A stretch of DNA of 64,000 nt from Monocercomonoides exilis PA203 (lineage: Eukaryota; Protista; Preaxostyla): positions 1,984,001-2,048,000 of the forward strand of contig LSRY02000004.1 in the NCBI GenBank assembly GCA_001643675.2, written 5' to 3'. The position numbers and the translations under genes are program-made. The notes beneath the pieces are model-generated. The model did not search any database. It was not told the origin of the DNA and worked only from the letters and a program-made list of their open reading frames with translations. Positions 13,680-27,100 of this stretch are shown here, one piece after another. Each line of letters opens with the position of its first letter. The first letter of the stretch is position 1.

Positions 13680-13887
13680 ATAAGCTGCTAGATTATTTTG
13701 TTTTTACATTTCTCTTTTGAACCACCCATCTAAATCTATAACACTTCTATTATGATCTCGTTCTGCTTTCTTGTGTCATAAAGAAAAATTGGATTAAGCA
13801 AGTTAGAAACATTAAATATTAAAAAAATGCGAAGTGATTTAAATGTTGTGAAGTGGAAGAAAATTATTATAAAAATTTTGTAATTAT

Positions 13888-14618
13888 TCAAAGGAAAAAA
13901 TCATCATCTTTCGCGAAAGAATCTTCAGAATCTTTAGCTTTCTTTTCTTTCGTTTCTGCAGGTATTGATTGAATCGGAGTTTGACTTGAAAGCGATGCTT
14001 TTATTTGTTGAATGATTTTTTTGGTAAATTCTTCTCTTTCTTTCAACTCCTGCTCAGTCATGCTCTGCGATGGGAAAAGAGAGCGATATTTTTGAGTTTG
14101 CGGATAATTCTTAAAAAACAAATTTATTGAAAATAATTCTTATTTCGAATGAAAAAATTCAAACTTTAATATATAACTCATAGTCTTTGTATTGAGAAAT
14201 AAGTTGATGACATTCTGCTTCTGTCTGCGGTACCGGTAATGCGGTTTCTTGTTTTAGTTGCGGAACGCGCTCAGCAGCAAAATCTTTCTCATATCTTTTA
14301 AGCTGTTCCAATCTTTTTTGAACTTTGCGAAGTTCTTCAAAATAATAGATGTAAAGTAAAATAAAAGATAAAACGCATACCCACAAATTTGACACCTCTA
14401 TATTTGGATTGTATTTTTTTAATTTTTTCATTCGTTGTCCTTTCTGAAACGCGAGCTTTCAATTCTTCAATTTGCTCTTGAAGTTCAAGTCTCATTTTTT
14501 CTGTCAGTCCTTCTTTTTTCTTTAGAAGACGTTCCGCGTCTCTTATTCTATTTTTTATTGATTTTTTTGCCTTTGAGTTAGGTCTTTTCGTTCTATGATT
14601 CACTTTTGTTGTTTTCAT
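13888..14618 (-). CDS. EFG1: rRNA-processing protein Efg1 (DUF2361), 3 exons
   Basis: KNRIRDAERLL...KYRGVKFV/ELRKVQKRLEQL...YELYIK/NYPQTQKYRSLF matches the Efg1 family motifs (KIRD.ERLL, KY..V.F.E..K, Y..YP...KY.SLF). Confidence 0.82.
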
Positions 14619-14702
14619 ATAAGAATACAATTTATTATGGTGCAAATTATTTATATTTTTAAAATTTTCATTATCGTTTAATTTGTAATTGAAGAGAGGA
14701 GA
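14619..14702. promoter_or_regulatory. Putative bidirectional promoter EFG1/hexokinase
   Basis: Only 84 bp between divergent ATGs. Confidence 0.6.
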
Positions 14703-16929
14703 ATGGAATCGCTTATACTGTCTTATGACTTTGATATTCGAAATTCGAGGCCAATCATCGAAAAGTTTCTTGCCGCAATGGAAGATGGACTTGTTGGGAA
14801 GCCAAGCACAATGCCAATGATTCCCTGTTTTACAGATGTGCCAACGGGTAATGAAGAAGGAGTGTTTTTGTCCATTGACTTTGGCGGGACAAATTTAAGG
14901 TGCATGCTTTTAAAAATTGAAAATAGAAAAATAGTTGATGTGAAACAAAAAAAAGTAACTATTGATAAAAAGACCCCAACTGGCGAGCTACTGTTTTCTA
15001 CAATCGCAAAATTTATTGAATCATTTGTTGAAGAAAATGCTGCTCATATTCAACTTAGACCAAATAGGATTCTTCCTGCTGGATTCAGCTTTTCTTTTCC
15101 AATTCACCAAACCCATATCAGTTCTGGAAGGCTTTTATACTGGGGTAAAGGCTTTGTTGCAACTGGCGTGCAAGGACAAGATGTGATACAGTTGTTACAT
15201 GCAGAATTGGATAAGCGTGGTCTGAATTGGATTAGAGTTGTTGCTTTATGCAATGATACTGTTGGAACAATGGCTTCCCTAGGAGTTGAAGATCCTGAAA
15301 CATGCATTGGCGTTATTCTTGGAACCGGCACAAATGCATGTTACAGAGAGAAAGTGAGTAATGTGACAAAAATTCAGGCACTGCGGCAAAAAGAGGAAGA
15401 AGAGCTTGCGAGGATGGGTCGTGAAGAGCCATATCGACCATCTCCTCCAGAATCTTCAGATTTTATGGCCATAAATACAGAATGGGGAGGTTTTACAGGA
15501 TTCCCGATGACAGCAGAAGATGATGCAATCTATGCAAAAACACAGAAATTTGGAGAGCAGCGATTTGAAAAGCAGACATCTGGTAAATATTTGCCAATGA
15601 TAGCACGAAAGTGCGTGAGGAAGGCGATTAAGAACGGATGGATCTTTAAAGATATTATGCAGAAGGGATATTTGAAGTGGGATGAAGCCGAAGAGCTGAC
15701 GCCTGTGGAGATGTCGCAGGTGCACTTTGACGAAACGCCTGATTTGTCGAAAGCGAAAGATATTATCCTCCACTTTTTTGGAGAGGCAGGAAAGCTGATA
15801 CCAAAGGAAATGCTCAAAACAGAAGATGTGGCCATGGTGCGTCGCCTGTTTGCAGCAATTGTCACCAGAAGCGCAAAGTTTATTGGTTTGGATTGTTGAA
15901 TATTTTTCTGATTGATAGCTTTTTATTTTATTGTTATTCTGTATCGTGAAAATTGTTACTAAAATATGAAACAAAAAATCTTGATACATTTCTCCGTCGA
16001 ATATTTTTGCTTATATTTTACTGTAATTTCATTCTTTTAAAAAATAATATTGTTCAGGTGTTGCACTGGCAGCTGTTGTCGTCCGCATTCTGATGCATGT
16101 CAATCCAAACATCGCTCGCATTCGCATCGCAGCCGACGGCTCGGTTCTGCGCGGATACCGCGACTTTCTGCCACACTCGCAGCGAGCCCTTGAAATTGCA
16201 CTTGAGGCATACCTCTCTCCACGCGCCAACCTACCAAAAATGGAAATGGATGAAGATATTCCCTCATTATCATCATCATCTTCGTCTTCTTCTTCTTCTT
16301 CGGCTGTCACATTCGCACAGCATCCAATTGCTTCATATGGGCCAAGTGAGTCTGCCTTCCCATCTTCGTCTTTTCCTCCGTCTATTCAGTCTCCCACGAC
16401 TTCCTCCCAACTTCCATCATCCTCTCCTTTTTCTTCTCCTCTTTTTGTCTCAATGCCTCAGACATCAAATTCTGCCACACCTTCATCCATGTCTTCCTCA
16501 TCCATTGCACAATCATCAATGGTGCAGTTGTCTTCCACAGCGTTTGCGAAGGAGCACCAATCTTCAATTCACCAGCCGCCTTTCAATCCATCGCTCTTCG
16601 GATCGTTGGAGCCTTCTTCCATCTCATCATCTGACTCTTCAGGACTGATCTCTTCAGACAACTCTTTGTTTAGCAAACAAGAAACTTCATCATCATCATC
16701 TTCTTCTTCCTCATCTCCCTGCTCTGCCTCTTCCTCATTCACAACAGCCGGCACAGTCGAGCCGTCCTTCTCGCCTGTGCTTCCCACTGCATCGCTGGTG
16801 TCTTCTGTCCAGTCATCCTCTGTCCACATTCCTCAAGTGCTTATCACAGCCACCACTGATGGGAGCGGCGTGGGTGTCGGCATCATCGCAGCTGTGCAGA
16901 CAATGCTGGCAGAGTCGCAGTCATATTGA
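14703..16929 (+). CDS. Hexokinase with ~200-aa Ser-rich insertion, 2 exons
   Basis: Motifs IDFGGTNLR, AGFSFSFP, WGKGF, NDTVGT, IGVILGTGTNACY, INTEWG, FEKQTSGKYL. Intron 15886-16057 is in phase. Exon 2 carries AADGSV and the terminal DGSGVGVGIIAA. Confidence 0.93.
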
Positions 16930-17391
16930 TGCTGCTGAATGCAAAGAGAAAAAGAAAGAGGAAATGAAATGATATAATTAGAAATGAAATGAAAACTTGA
17001 TGTCTTTTTTTGCAATTTTTTCCGTTCATACGAAGATTCTTCGTTTTTGTCTGTGTTGAATTTTCATTTTTTGACATTGAGAATATTTCCATTCTTTCAT
17101 TCTTTCTTTCTTTCTCGCAGCAGCAGCATTCACTCATTCAATGCATTTTTGGCTTATGTGCGTTGAGTTTATTCCTTCATCTTATTAGTTGAACTTTCTC
17201 TTATTTCCTTTCATATTTTGCTATTTATATTACAATATATTCTGTCTTTAAGATTCCTCAAACTTTGCACTTGTTCATCCTTCGTTCTTAATTCAAAAAT
17301 GTTTGAATTGCCTTGCAACACACATATTATTTTACGTTTTTCATTTCTTTAAGCAATACTATTATGTAACATTATCTTTCATATCACAGAA

Positions 17392-17417
<26 letters not shown>
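17392..17417. repeat. (GA)n dinucleotide microsatellite
   Basis: Perfect GA run between two convergent 3' ends. Confidence 0.95.
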
Positions 17418-17422
<5 letters not shown>

Positions 17423-17756
17423 AACAAGAAATAAAGACATTTTATAATAAAGACTGAAGTAATCTCTTTGGACAATTATTTGCCCAAGGCCTCACTAACA
17501 TTTCTGTTGGCTGAAGAAGGAAAAAAAAAATTAAAATCAAAATGAAAATGCAGAATTAAAAGGGAAAGAGAAAGAAATAATAACTCCATTTATATCCTCA
17601 ACCAGACAATCGATAGAACAAAAATACTTACACCAAAACAGAATAATGTCAAAACAACAAGATAATAAAATAACATCAGAAATAAAAAGCTAAAAAATTA
17701 AGACAACGAATATGTATGAGAACAAGTATAACATAAGAACATCAATGACCAATTTT

Positions 17757-20537
17757 CTAGCTTTCCCAATCTAAAGCCTTCGTCGACTTCGTTGGGACTA
17801 TTGTGGGCTCTTTGATCTCGTGGATGAAGTTCACAGTCATTTCCGCGCCTTCCTTTGCGATGCACCCGCAGAACCTGATTGTGTCTGGAAGGTCTTTCAC
17901 GTAAATCGGCTGCTGCACCCCGTTCACAAAGAAGTGGAGTGTCCGCTTTGCCTTCGATCCTTTGCCGGAATGAGGGATTCCCATGTTCACTTCCATGAGA
18001 ACGGTGTCTCCTTCTTTCCACTTCTGGTTCCCGCTTTTGCAAGATCCACCGTGAAACACAATTCCACTTCAGCAAATGAAATAAAAAAGTAAGAATGTTA
18101 TTTTTTTATCAAAAAGAATCAGAAAATATAAAATGAATAAATCAAATAAACTCAATAATGCATACACTGCTCCACCCCAATAGCCAGCGCTTTCTGTCAT
18201 GATTGTTATTTTGATATTAAAAAAGTCGAATTAAGAAATATTTATTTCGATATAAATATATGAATAAACTTAGCAGTGAACTTTCAATAATTAATGCACA
18301 CTTCCATCAACTCCAGGGAAATATTCAACAGGTGGATTAAAAGCAGATGCAATAACACCACATCCTGTTAAAAGAACAATTTGAATAATTACCATTCATT
18401 GAGAAGCATTCGGGTTTAATCATATTTATTGAAATTTTAAAATAAAAAAGTGTCAGATTCTTTAAAAAACAGCAAACTTTTCGTATTCTTAGTGTTATCA
18501 AAGACCATCTCAGCCTGCCAAATTCCTCTTGTTAAGTCTGGTCCGAATTTGATTGTTGTCTGCTTGAACAGAGAGGCAAGGCCAGTAATTTTGTTTTCTT
18601 CCACTTTCACCATCGACTCATTCACAATTGTGAAGTTCAGATCTTTCTTCAAATCAACTTCAATTGGATAGGTCACTTCAACCTCTACTGCTTTTTGTTC
18701 AGCAGAAGATGCCACTTTGGACGAAGATGGCTTGAGTTCAGACTCTTTTGCAGTTGAAGGGTAGATTGGAGGTGTTTGGAGAAGTGCTGCAGACGCAGAA
18801 GTAGAAGGAAAAGCGGTAGATGATTGGGCAACTTGAATAGAAGGTGCAGAAACTGGAGCAGAGCCTGGAACCGGAGTTAATGTTATGACAGTGGAAGAAG
18901 AAGGCGACGAAGACGAGATTTGTGCAAGTGAAGCAGAAGGCAGAGGCAAAGGCATCGATGAAGCTCCAGGCAACATGGAAGGCACCAAAGGTACCCCGCC
19001 CATCTGCTGCGGCTGCTGCTGTTGTGAAGGCTGCTGCAGAGAAAACGGAGTGAGAGGCGAGAGTTGAGATGGCATGGCAGCAGAAGACGAAGCTCCTGGC
19101 TGGACAAAAGAAGGAGCGAAGAAAGGCAGAGGGAGAGGCTGAGCGAGTGTTTGTGGTGACATGAAATCAGACTGAGGAGCATTCAAACTCTGAGGTGTCT
19201 GTACCGCTGCTCCTCCAAATGGCATAAAGCCAGGCAGAAACATCGGAGCAGCCATCTGACTGGGATCTGCTCCGAATGCTGTCTGAGAACTGCCCATGTC
19301 GAAGTTCAGAATGGGCATAACAGAAGCAGAAGCAGAAGCTGATGCAGAAGTAGATACCGAAGTGCCAGATTGTTCAGGAAATAAAAGAGGAAAAGAAGTG
19401 TTGAGAGGCTCTGGCTGAACTGTTTGAGGTGTTGACGAAAGAGTATTTTTGTTACTTCCGTTAGTCGAATTTTTTGGTGAAACATTTTGCGCTGCGCTCT
19501 TCTTCTTCTTTCCTTTCATTTTCTGTTTGCCACTCTCGTCGCTGTTCGCTATCTGTGGAATTATTTCTTTCTCGTCCCAATCTTCTTCGCTCATGGAAAA
19601 CTCTTCATCGTCGTTCCCGCTGCTTTGCTCTTCTGCCTTATCTTGAATAATCCCTTTCTTTTTGAAATACGACAAAATTCCACTTGCCTTTGTGCAAAGC
19701 TCAAAGGCGTCCGAACCTGCAAGTCGGTGTAGAATTTTGCCTAAAGCATTCACGTGCTTCATCTCGATATTTGCCTTACACAAAGATGTGATGAAATCAA
19801 GCAGCGATGACTTTGTGTTGATGTCTGTTTTCTCTGATGCCAAAACTTTGTATACAAGTTTTGTCCACTCAAGATTTGATGCGAATTCATTTAACTCTGC
19901 TTGAAACGCAACAATTGAAGGAATACAACGAATGGCTTGAAGTGAAAAGGATTCAACATTACTCTAAACAAGATTAAAAATAAAAAGGACTTATCATGAA
20001 ATGAAAAATTCAAACAGATTCCAATAAAACAATAGGGCTAAGAATTCGTGTATAGAAAGTGTGAGGTGTGATTGGAGGAATACTTCCTACAACAAGATGA
20101 AAAAGTTGCGATACAGATCTCTTTGGGAAAAATGAAATAAAACAATTCTAAAGTTGGAGAATACCATGAGAATTGGATCAGTACTGCTTTTGACTCTGGA
20201 TGCAACAAGGGGAAGAATGTCTTCTTCGATCAAAACTTTTATATAGAATGGATCTGAAATAAACGATTATAAAAGTTTAAAATAAAGCTTTCCAATTCTA
20301 AAATCGTACCATAAAGCATCAAAGTGCACATTTTATTGATTACTGCCTTGGTTATGCTTGAAGCATCTTTTTTCAATTCAGAAATCCATGCTTTTTCAAT
20401 TCTTCGCCTTTTTTCAAGCTAAACGATAAAAGTTTAAACAAAGCACTTTATCAATTTACATTGAAATGTTTAACTCAAACTTCTTCCTTTGAAATGGTAT
20501 CAATTTCTAAAAGGGACGCCAAGGAAGGTGTCTCCAT
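17757..20537 (-). CDS. Multi-exon protein: helical N-terminus, Pro/Ser/Gln-rich linker, C-terminal SPRY/B30.2-like beta domain
   Basis: Start METPSLASLLEID at 20537 with several short exons, a long exon ~18470-19960, and final exons giving GIWQAEMVF ... GNQKWKEGDTVLMEVNM...RTLHFFVNGVQQP...IRFCG (SPRY-like pattern). Stop TAG at 17757. Confidence 0.65.
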
Positions 20538-20692
20538 GAAATTAATGATATGTTGGGTCAAATGCAAATTCAAACCAATGATTGTTTATTTTTTAAATCA
20601 AAAACATAATGAAGGTGAAGTGTGATAAAAAGATGAAATGGCGGATTGAAAACACATGAAGTGATGAAATGGAAAATTTTTAAGTTTTTTGC

Positions 20693-21079
20693 CTACGTTA
20701 AGCGTTTAGCATATGTTTTTTCAATTGTCCATAAAAACGGCACCGCAAGAGCAAATAAAGCTCCTGCATAAATGAAAAGCAGTAAAAAGAAACGAGCGAA
20801 CCACAAATGATCATATGGCTTGAAATGATAAAAGCTTATTTTAAAATTTTTTTCATAAAAAATAATAAAAACCTCTTTTGGCTTTCCGTCATCTTTTTTC
20901 AGTGGTAAAAAGGCAAATATTATAAACAACAATATCCAAATGCCCAAGAAGATTAATGGAAGAAAAGGAATTCGAAAGAAATATGCTGCCCAGATGGATA
21001 TAACGAATAACCCTGCAATAATAATTAATGTGAGTACTCCATTTCCAAATGCCCATCCATCAATACGCCCATCTGCCAT
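20693..21079 (-). CDS. TMEM218: TMEM218-like three-TM ciliary transition-zone protein, 2 exons
   Basis: MADGRIDGWAFGNGVLTLIIIAGLFV...FLPLKKDDGKPKE, then in-frame 54-nt GT-AG intron 20819-20872, then PYDHLWFARFFLL...TIEKTYAKRLT. Size (~110 aa), three TMs, D.(F/L)..(G/A)R and the terminal E..YAK.L resemble TMEM218. Confidence 0.7.
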   Translation of the reverse strand: MADGRIDGWAFGNGVLTLIIIAGLFVISIWAAYFFRIPFLPLIFLGIWILLFIIFAFLPLKKDDGKPKEVFIIFYEKNFKISFYHFKPYDHLWFARFFLLLFIYAGALFALAVPFLWTIEKTYAKRLT

Positions 21080-21187
21080 TTTATGAAGATTTGTATTTTG
21101 ATCATAAATATAACTTTTTATCGGAAAATCAGTTAAATTCATTTGAAAACGTAAAGGAATTAGAAGTTTGCATATTTCAGGGTTTGC
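21080..21187. promoter_or_regulatory. Putative bidirectional promoter TMEM218-like/LRR-SAM
   Basis: 108 bp between divergent ATGs; TGATCA at 21099. Confidence 0.55.
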
Positions 21188-24100
21188 ATGGATACGACAA
21201 GGAATGGTAAGGGGAAGCAAGCAACAGAAGATGACCCTGAAGTTCTCACGGAATTATATGAGGTTTTTAACAAATTTTTATCTGTTTTAAATTTATCTTC
21301 TTTATTATTTTTCATTTTGATAATTAATTATTGCAATTAATTTTATTAAATATTCATTTATTTCAAAAAGAAATTTCCACTCGAAATCTTACAAAAAATG
21401 AAGCTTCTTGATTTATCTCATCGTAATTTATCATTTTGCCCAGAACTTCAAGCTTTTTCAAATCTCCAAGAATTAGATTTATCTCATAATCATATTCAAA
21501 GATTAAAAACGAAAATTTTTACTTCCAGCCTTCCAAATTTGATGAAGCTTGACCTTTCTTTCAATGAGTTATTTGTCTTTTCTGACTTGGTTCAACTTGG
21601 AAACCACCAGAATTTGAGAAGTCTTTCCATAACTGGAAATCCATTGCCCTTATCTGAAAATAGGCTTGTAATTATTGGAGCACTGCTTCTTGGAGAGGAT
21701 ACAAATGGTTATCTTGATAGAATGAACAAAAAACGAAAACAAGAGATTGATCAGTATCTTTCATCAGAAATTTCTGTTTTATCTGATGCGCCTCCAAATT
21801 CATCCATTTTGAAGCAGTCTGTTAAGCGTTCAAAGACTCCAGGTCCCTCGAAAGATCACAAACAGCATTCATCATCTGATAAATCGCCTGATCATGGAGC
21901 TCGTCAAAAGAGAGATGTCCATGCCCGTCCTTTGTCAGCTGGTGCAGCTGTGAAGGCTGTGCTTGTTCCAGAAGGGTCTGTCTATCGCATGTTTAACAAA
22001 GTCGAAGGAGCACTTGGCTATCGAGCAGCGAAAACAATAACTGCTGATATTTTGGGACACGAATGGTCACCAAGAGAATCTAACACAGACGAGCAAGGAA
22101 TGAGAAAAGACCAAAATTTGAGGCATTCTACTTCTGCCTTGAGCGAGACAACCCCGACCTCGTCTGAGCATTTCGGCAGAACTGCCAATGTTCCTGCCAC
22201 GCTTCTCCCACCTGACGAGTACATGAACACTGTGAAGATCCATCTTGCTGCCCAAACGCTGGAAGAGGCAGCGCGCAACCCTGCATCTGCTATTCCATCG
22301 ACAGCTGTGTCGCCCTTGCCGACTCCTTCATTCACGTCACCAACAGGATTTATGGGCGCATTCACTTCTCCTTCCACACCTGCCTCTTTGGCCACTCCAA
22401 TGTCCATGCACCACCGCGATGTGTTTGGCGATGTTGTGGACGAAGTCAACGACGAAGAGTGGAACATCACCGAAGAGACAGGCAGCGATCCTGCTGTGCG
22501 TGTAGCAGGAGCCATCTGCGCTGAGCAGCCAGACGGGGTGGTGGTGCTTGGGCAGCACTCATCTGCCACTCCAAGCAGTCTGTCGCCCACACGTGTGTCT
22601 GCACTGCACTCAGCATCTGCTGGTGAGCTGGGCAACATGCGCCAGTCAAACAGCGGGTGGACACAGAAAAAGCGATTCATCACAACAGAAGATCTCAACG
22701 ACACGTCAGCTGTGTTTGGCACATCGTCTGCGCTGTTCTTTCAGAAGCAGGTTTCGCCGGGGCTACTCGAAGTCACGCAATCACTTGAACAGCCACAGGA
22801 AGCAGAATTTGCCAATCTTGCAGAGGCATTTATGAATTCTTCGTCGTCATCATCATCATCTTCTTCTTCTCTGCTTGATGCTTCTCTTCTTCCAAAGGAA
22901 GGGCAGCAAAAGGGATATCTCAACGATTCATATGTCGTCAAACTGGAGCCTGTGCCTGCCTCTGCCGCACGTAGAGGAAACAGCAAAGCAGACACATCTT
23001 CTTCATCTTCTTCATCTTCCTCTTCTCCGTCTTTTCCTGTTGCTCGCCCAGATGCCAAGCCATTCATGCCTGAGCCCACAGGCCCTGTCTCTACCGAGCA
23101 GCTGCCTCTGAGAGCAGGATACAATTTGATTCCGTCGCGTATCAGGCAGACTCCAAACTTCACAACAATATCAGCTGAGATGGGTTCATATTTGCTTCGC
23201 CACCCACCGCCAGAGGAGCTGGTGGAGAAGGAGATGATACGGATGAGGAAAGGGTACAGAGACGAGACGCTGCTGAAGGGAGCCACACAAGCAGGAGAGA
23301 TCTCAATGAAGTCAGACAAGGCTGTTGTGTACAGCATGATCAGCAGCGACACATCCCGCCCTTCGTCTGCCTTGCACCGCACAGCCAATGGCTCTGCCGG
23401 AAAAGACGGCCAGCGGAGAAATGCAGGTTTCTCCGCGCGGAGTGCGTCGACAGGGCGTTCGGCGGCACATACAGGCCGATCGACGTCGTCTGTGATGTCG
23501 ACAGCGAGGAGAGTGGCAGAAGTGCAGCAGACGATGGTGCCAATGTACATGAAGAACATCTCACGGAACATGTCGCAGCAGAGGCAGCTGGACAAGAAGA
23601 AGCAGTACAAAACGAAGAAGAAGAATGGAAAGGGGAAGGGGAAGGCTAATAATGCGGCTGATATGAAGGGGAATGGGAAGGGCGAGAGTGGTATGGATGA
23701 GACGAGGAATGGGAATGACAGCTTGAAAGGAGGCAATGCAGGCAGTTTTGACAGAGAACAGCACTCCGCAAAAGCTGATGCCAAAGCGGGTAGTGGAGAG
23801 CGAAGGGAGTCTCTTTCGTCTTCGATGGCTGCTGCATCGAATGCCTCAGCTGCGTCGAAGTATCGCAAAGTGCCACTCATCTACTCCTCGCAGACACAAG
23901 GGCGCATCAGATACTTTGGGTACGAGCCAGGTGTCACACAGCCCACAGCCATCCGCGCGGGGGTGGTGCAGAAGGCGAGCGACGACAACTTCTTCTACTG
24001 CGACATCAATCCAGCTCCTGTTCCCAGGCAGGGTCTGTTCCCGATGCTGACAGAGCTAAACGGGAAGACGATCACCATTGACGAGCTGGACAGGGCAAGA

Positions 24101-27100
24101 GAGGTGACACGAGAGGGGGTGCAGGCGAAGGCACATCTGCTGTCGCCGCAGGTGTTTGGCGGAGTGGACAAAGTGAAGCCGCCACACACACGAATGGCAG
24201 ATGGGATGGGTCTGCCGCCATCGCAGATCATTGCACAGCACCAGAGCTACAAGCACTTTCTGGTGGAGTCGCTTAAAAAAGAGAACCAGCTGCGGAAGAG
24301 AGTGAAGCACATGATGCTAACTGGGCAGCTGGTTGATGACGAAGGGAACAACCAGCTGGGGGATGGGGAGAAGAAGGAGACGTGGGCAGAGAAGAAGGAA
24401 AGAGAACTGCGCACTCTGAGAGAAGCCAAAAACAACAGCGAAAAATCGCAGGAAGGCGCATCTCAACAGACAAATGGAGCAGCATCATCTTCATCATCAT
24501 CATCTTCTTCTTCTTCTCCTTTGAAATCCACAACACAATCAGAATCTTCTCAACCTTCTTCTTCTACTCAGCCATCTGCTTCACCTACACCATCCACTTC
24601 ACCTCCACTTCAGTCCACTTCGCCCACTCCATCTTGTTCATCTTCATCAACAGCGCAACAACAACAACCAAATAATGCTCGTTCTTCTTCATTGGCAGAT
24701 ACACAATCACTTCAATCGTCAATATCCAATTCTTCCACTCCTTTTGTCCACCCACCAGCTCCTGTGAATCAGCCATCGTCTGCTTATGCATCTTCCTCTT
24801 CTTCTCCTCTCCATTCGCGTTCATCTTCTGCAGCTGCCTCACAAACACCTCAGTCATCTTCACTCATTTCACCATTGAACATTTCAAATTCAACAGAATC
24901 AAACAAAAATGCTTCTCTTTCTTCTTCTCTTTCTGCTTCTCTTTCCTCTCTGCCTCAGGACGAGCGGATAAAAGCACTTCAAACACAGCTTTTGTCAACA
25001 GTCTCTCAAACATCCAACATTTCATCGTTATCCAACTCTTCTGCATCAAATCCAAACACATTACCACTCACCGCACCCATTTCATTCACAGCCACTACAA
25101 CTTCATTTCCTTCAACTCCATTGCCTCCTGCTTCTGCTTCTTTTGCTTCTTCTTCTTCGTCATCATCAGCAAGTGATAATCTGCTCACACCTTCTGTGAA
25201 ACAGCCAACTTCTGCTCTCTTTTCACCCACACCTGCAACAATACACTCCATCGAGAGGCAGCAGCTGGAGCTTCTTCGGTCAGAAAGCGAGTCAATCAAA
25301 ATGAAGATGCAGAACCCAAAATTATCTCCTGCTTCTTCTTTGAGTGGCTCTCCTCCGTCACAAACAGGCGGAGTGGCTTCATCTGGCGGCAAAGGAGGCA
25401 CTTTGTATGGAGCAGCACGCTCATCCCCTTTGAGAATGTCGTCTTCGATGCCTTCAGCCAATTCGTCAGCCCTTTCGACTCCTCTGCGAACTGCCTCACG
25501 CGATTTCGGAAGCAGCCTGAAGAGAAGAGGGGAAAGCGGAAGCAGCTTTGGACTGAAAGGGGAGAAGGGAGGGAATGCACTCGGAAACACAGCAGGGTCA
25601 CTTGGCTCGCAGTCAGGTGGCACATTTTCAGGGGAGCAGTCAAAGAAATGGAAGAGTCCCAGTGAAAGAGGCCTGTCAAGGATGGCAAAGAGAGGCGAGC
25701 ACGGAAATGAGGAAGGAAGCGGGAAAGACGGAAACGGGCAGAACTCATATGGAGACGGGAATACGACAGAGAATGAATCAGATTTTGATGATACAGACGA
25801 TGATGAAGAGAGCGAATCATCAGCAAACAGAGAAGGAGGAGGAGGAGGCAAAGACGACGAAGGAGATGGATATGCAGCAGGCTCGTCAGTCACCACAATC
25901 GAAGGGACGAGTGTGTATCAGAACAGCAGCAACAACAACAGCCGCCTGCCGAAGATGCTCATCCGTCTCTTCAAACAGACATATGCGCCTCCGAAGACGA
26001 AGCTGTACTCTCTTCTCTCTCCGCGCGAGGAGGCGCTGGGTTTCTCTGTTGCTCCAAAGGATACGCCTGACTCACCGTCGGAGATTGAAGGCAGGGCGAA
26101 GTCGTCGGATGTGGCAGTGGGCGACCAGATGAAGAAGATCCGGTCGCAGCTGGAGAGTGCACATGATGTGTGCCTCAAGGCTATTAAATCGCAGGAGACG
26201 AGCTACGACTTCCTCCCATCCGAATCCAAGACGAAGCAGTATGTCGACTCTCAGCAGACAGAAGTGCAGCCGATGCCGACGCCGCGTGTGTCATACGATG
26301 TGCTGAAGTATCAGCCGTCGCTGTCTCGTTCTGCCCTCGTCATTCCCCCTCCACGCAGATGGCGTGCGTATGACGTTGCCCAATGGCTGGGCAGGATCGG
26401 CCTCCCGCAGTATGCAGACACACCTGAGTTCCAGGCGATGACTGGATTCTATCTCGTCACAATGCCTGACTCGGAGGATCTGCGTGTGGAGCTCAATGTG
26501 CAGAACCCGGAGCACCGCCACCACATGTGGCAGGAGATTGCGAAGCTGAAGCTCCACCCGAACGAGCCGCAGTCGATCAAGCGGTCGGATCTGACAATGG
26601 GCGTAGCAGGTACTTTTGCAGACGGCACACCTGCCATCACTGCATCGCTGCCGAAGAATGTGACAATATCGCTCGGAGACGAAATGTGGCTGGACTTCAA
26701 AGAGCAGCGCGAAAAAAGCAGGGAAGAAGACTTTGAGATTGAGCAGAGAAGACTGAGACAGGCTAAAAGACTGGCAAAGTCCACGCTGGCCGTCCCAACT
26801 GCACATGAAAGCGCAGGCAAAGACATTCAAAAGCGCAACTTTTTGGATCGTGGGACGTTTTCTCCTGCACTGACACGATCGCTTGAATTTTCAAGGGCAA
26901 TGTCAAGCTCAATATTTGTGGATTCATCAGCAATTGTCAGAAGGAAAAGGGAAGATGAGCTGGAATTTCTTGCTCGACAGGAGGTGAGGAAGAAAGCAGA
27001 CGCACGCCATCAGAACGGACTGAGCGGGGTGCTGGAGACAGCGCCAGGTGAAGGTGGACGGGGAAAGCAGATTCAGAGTGGGCAGATGGCAGACGGGAGT

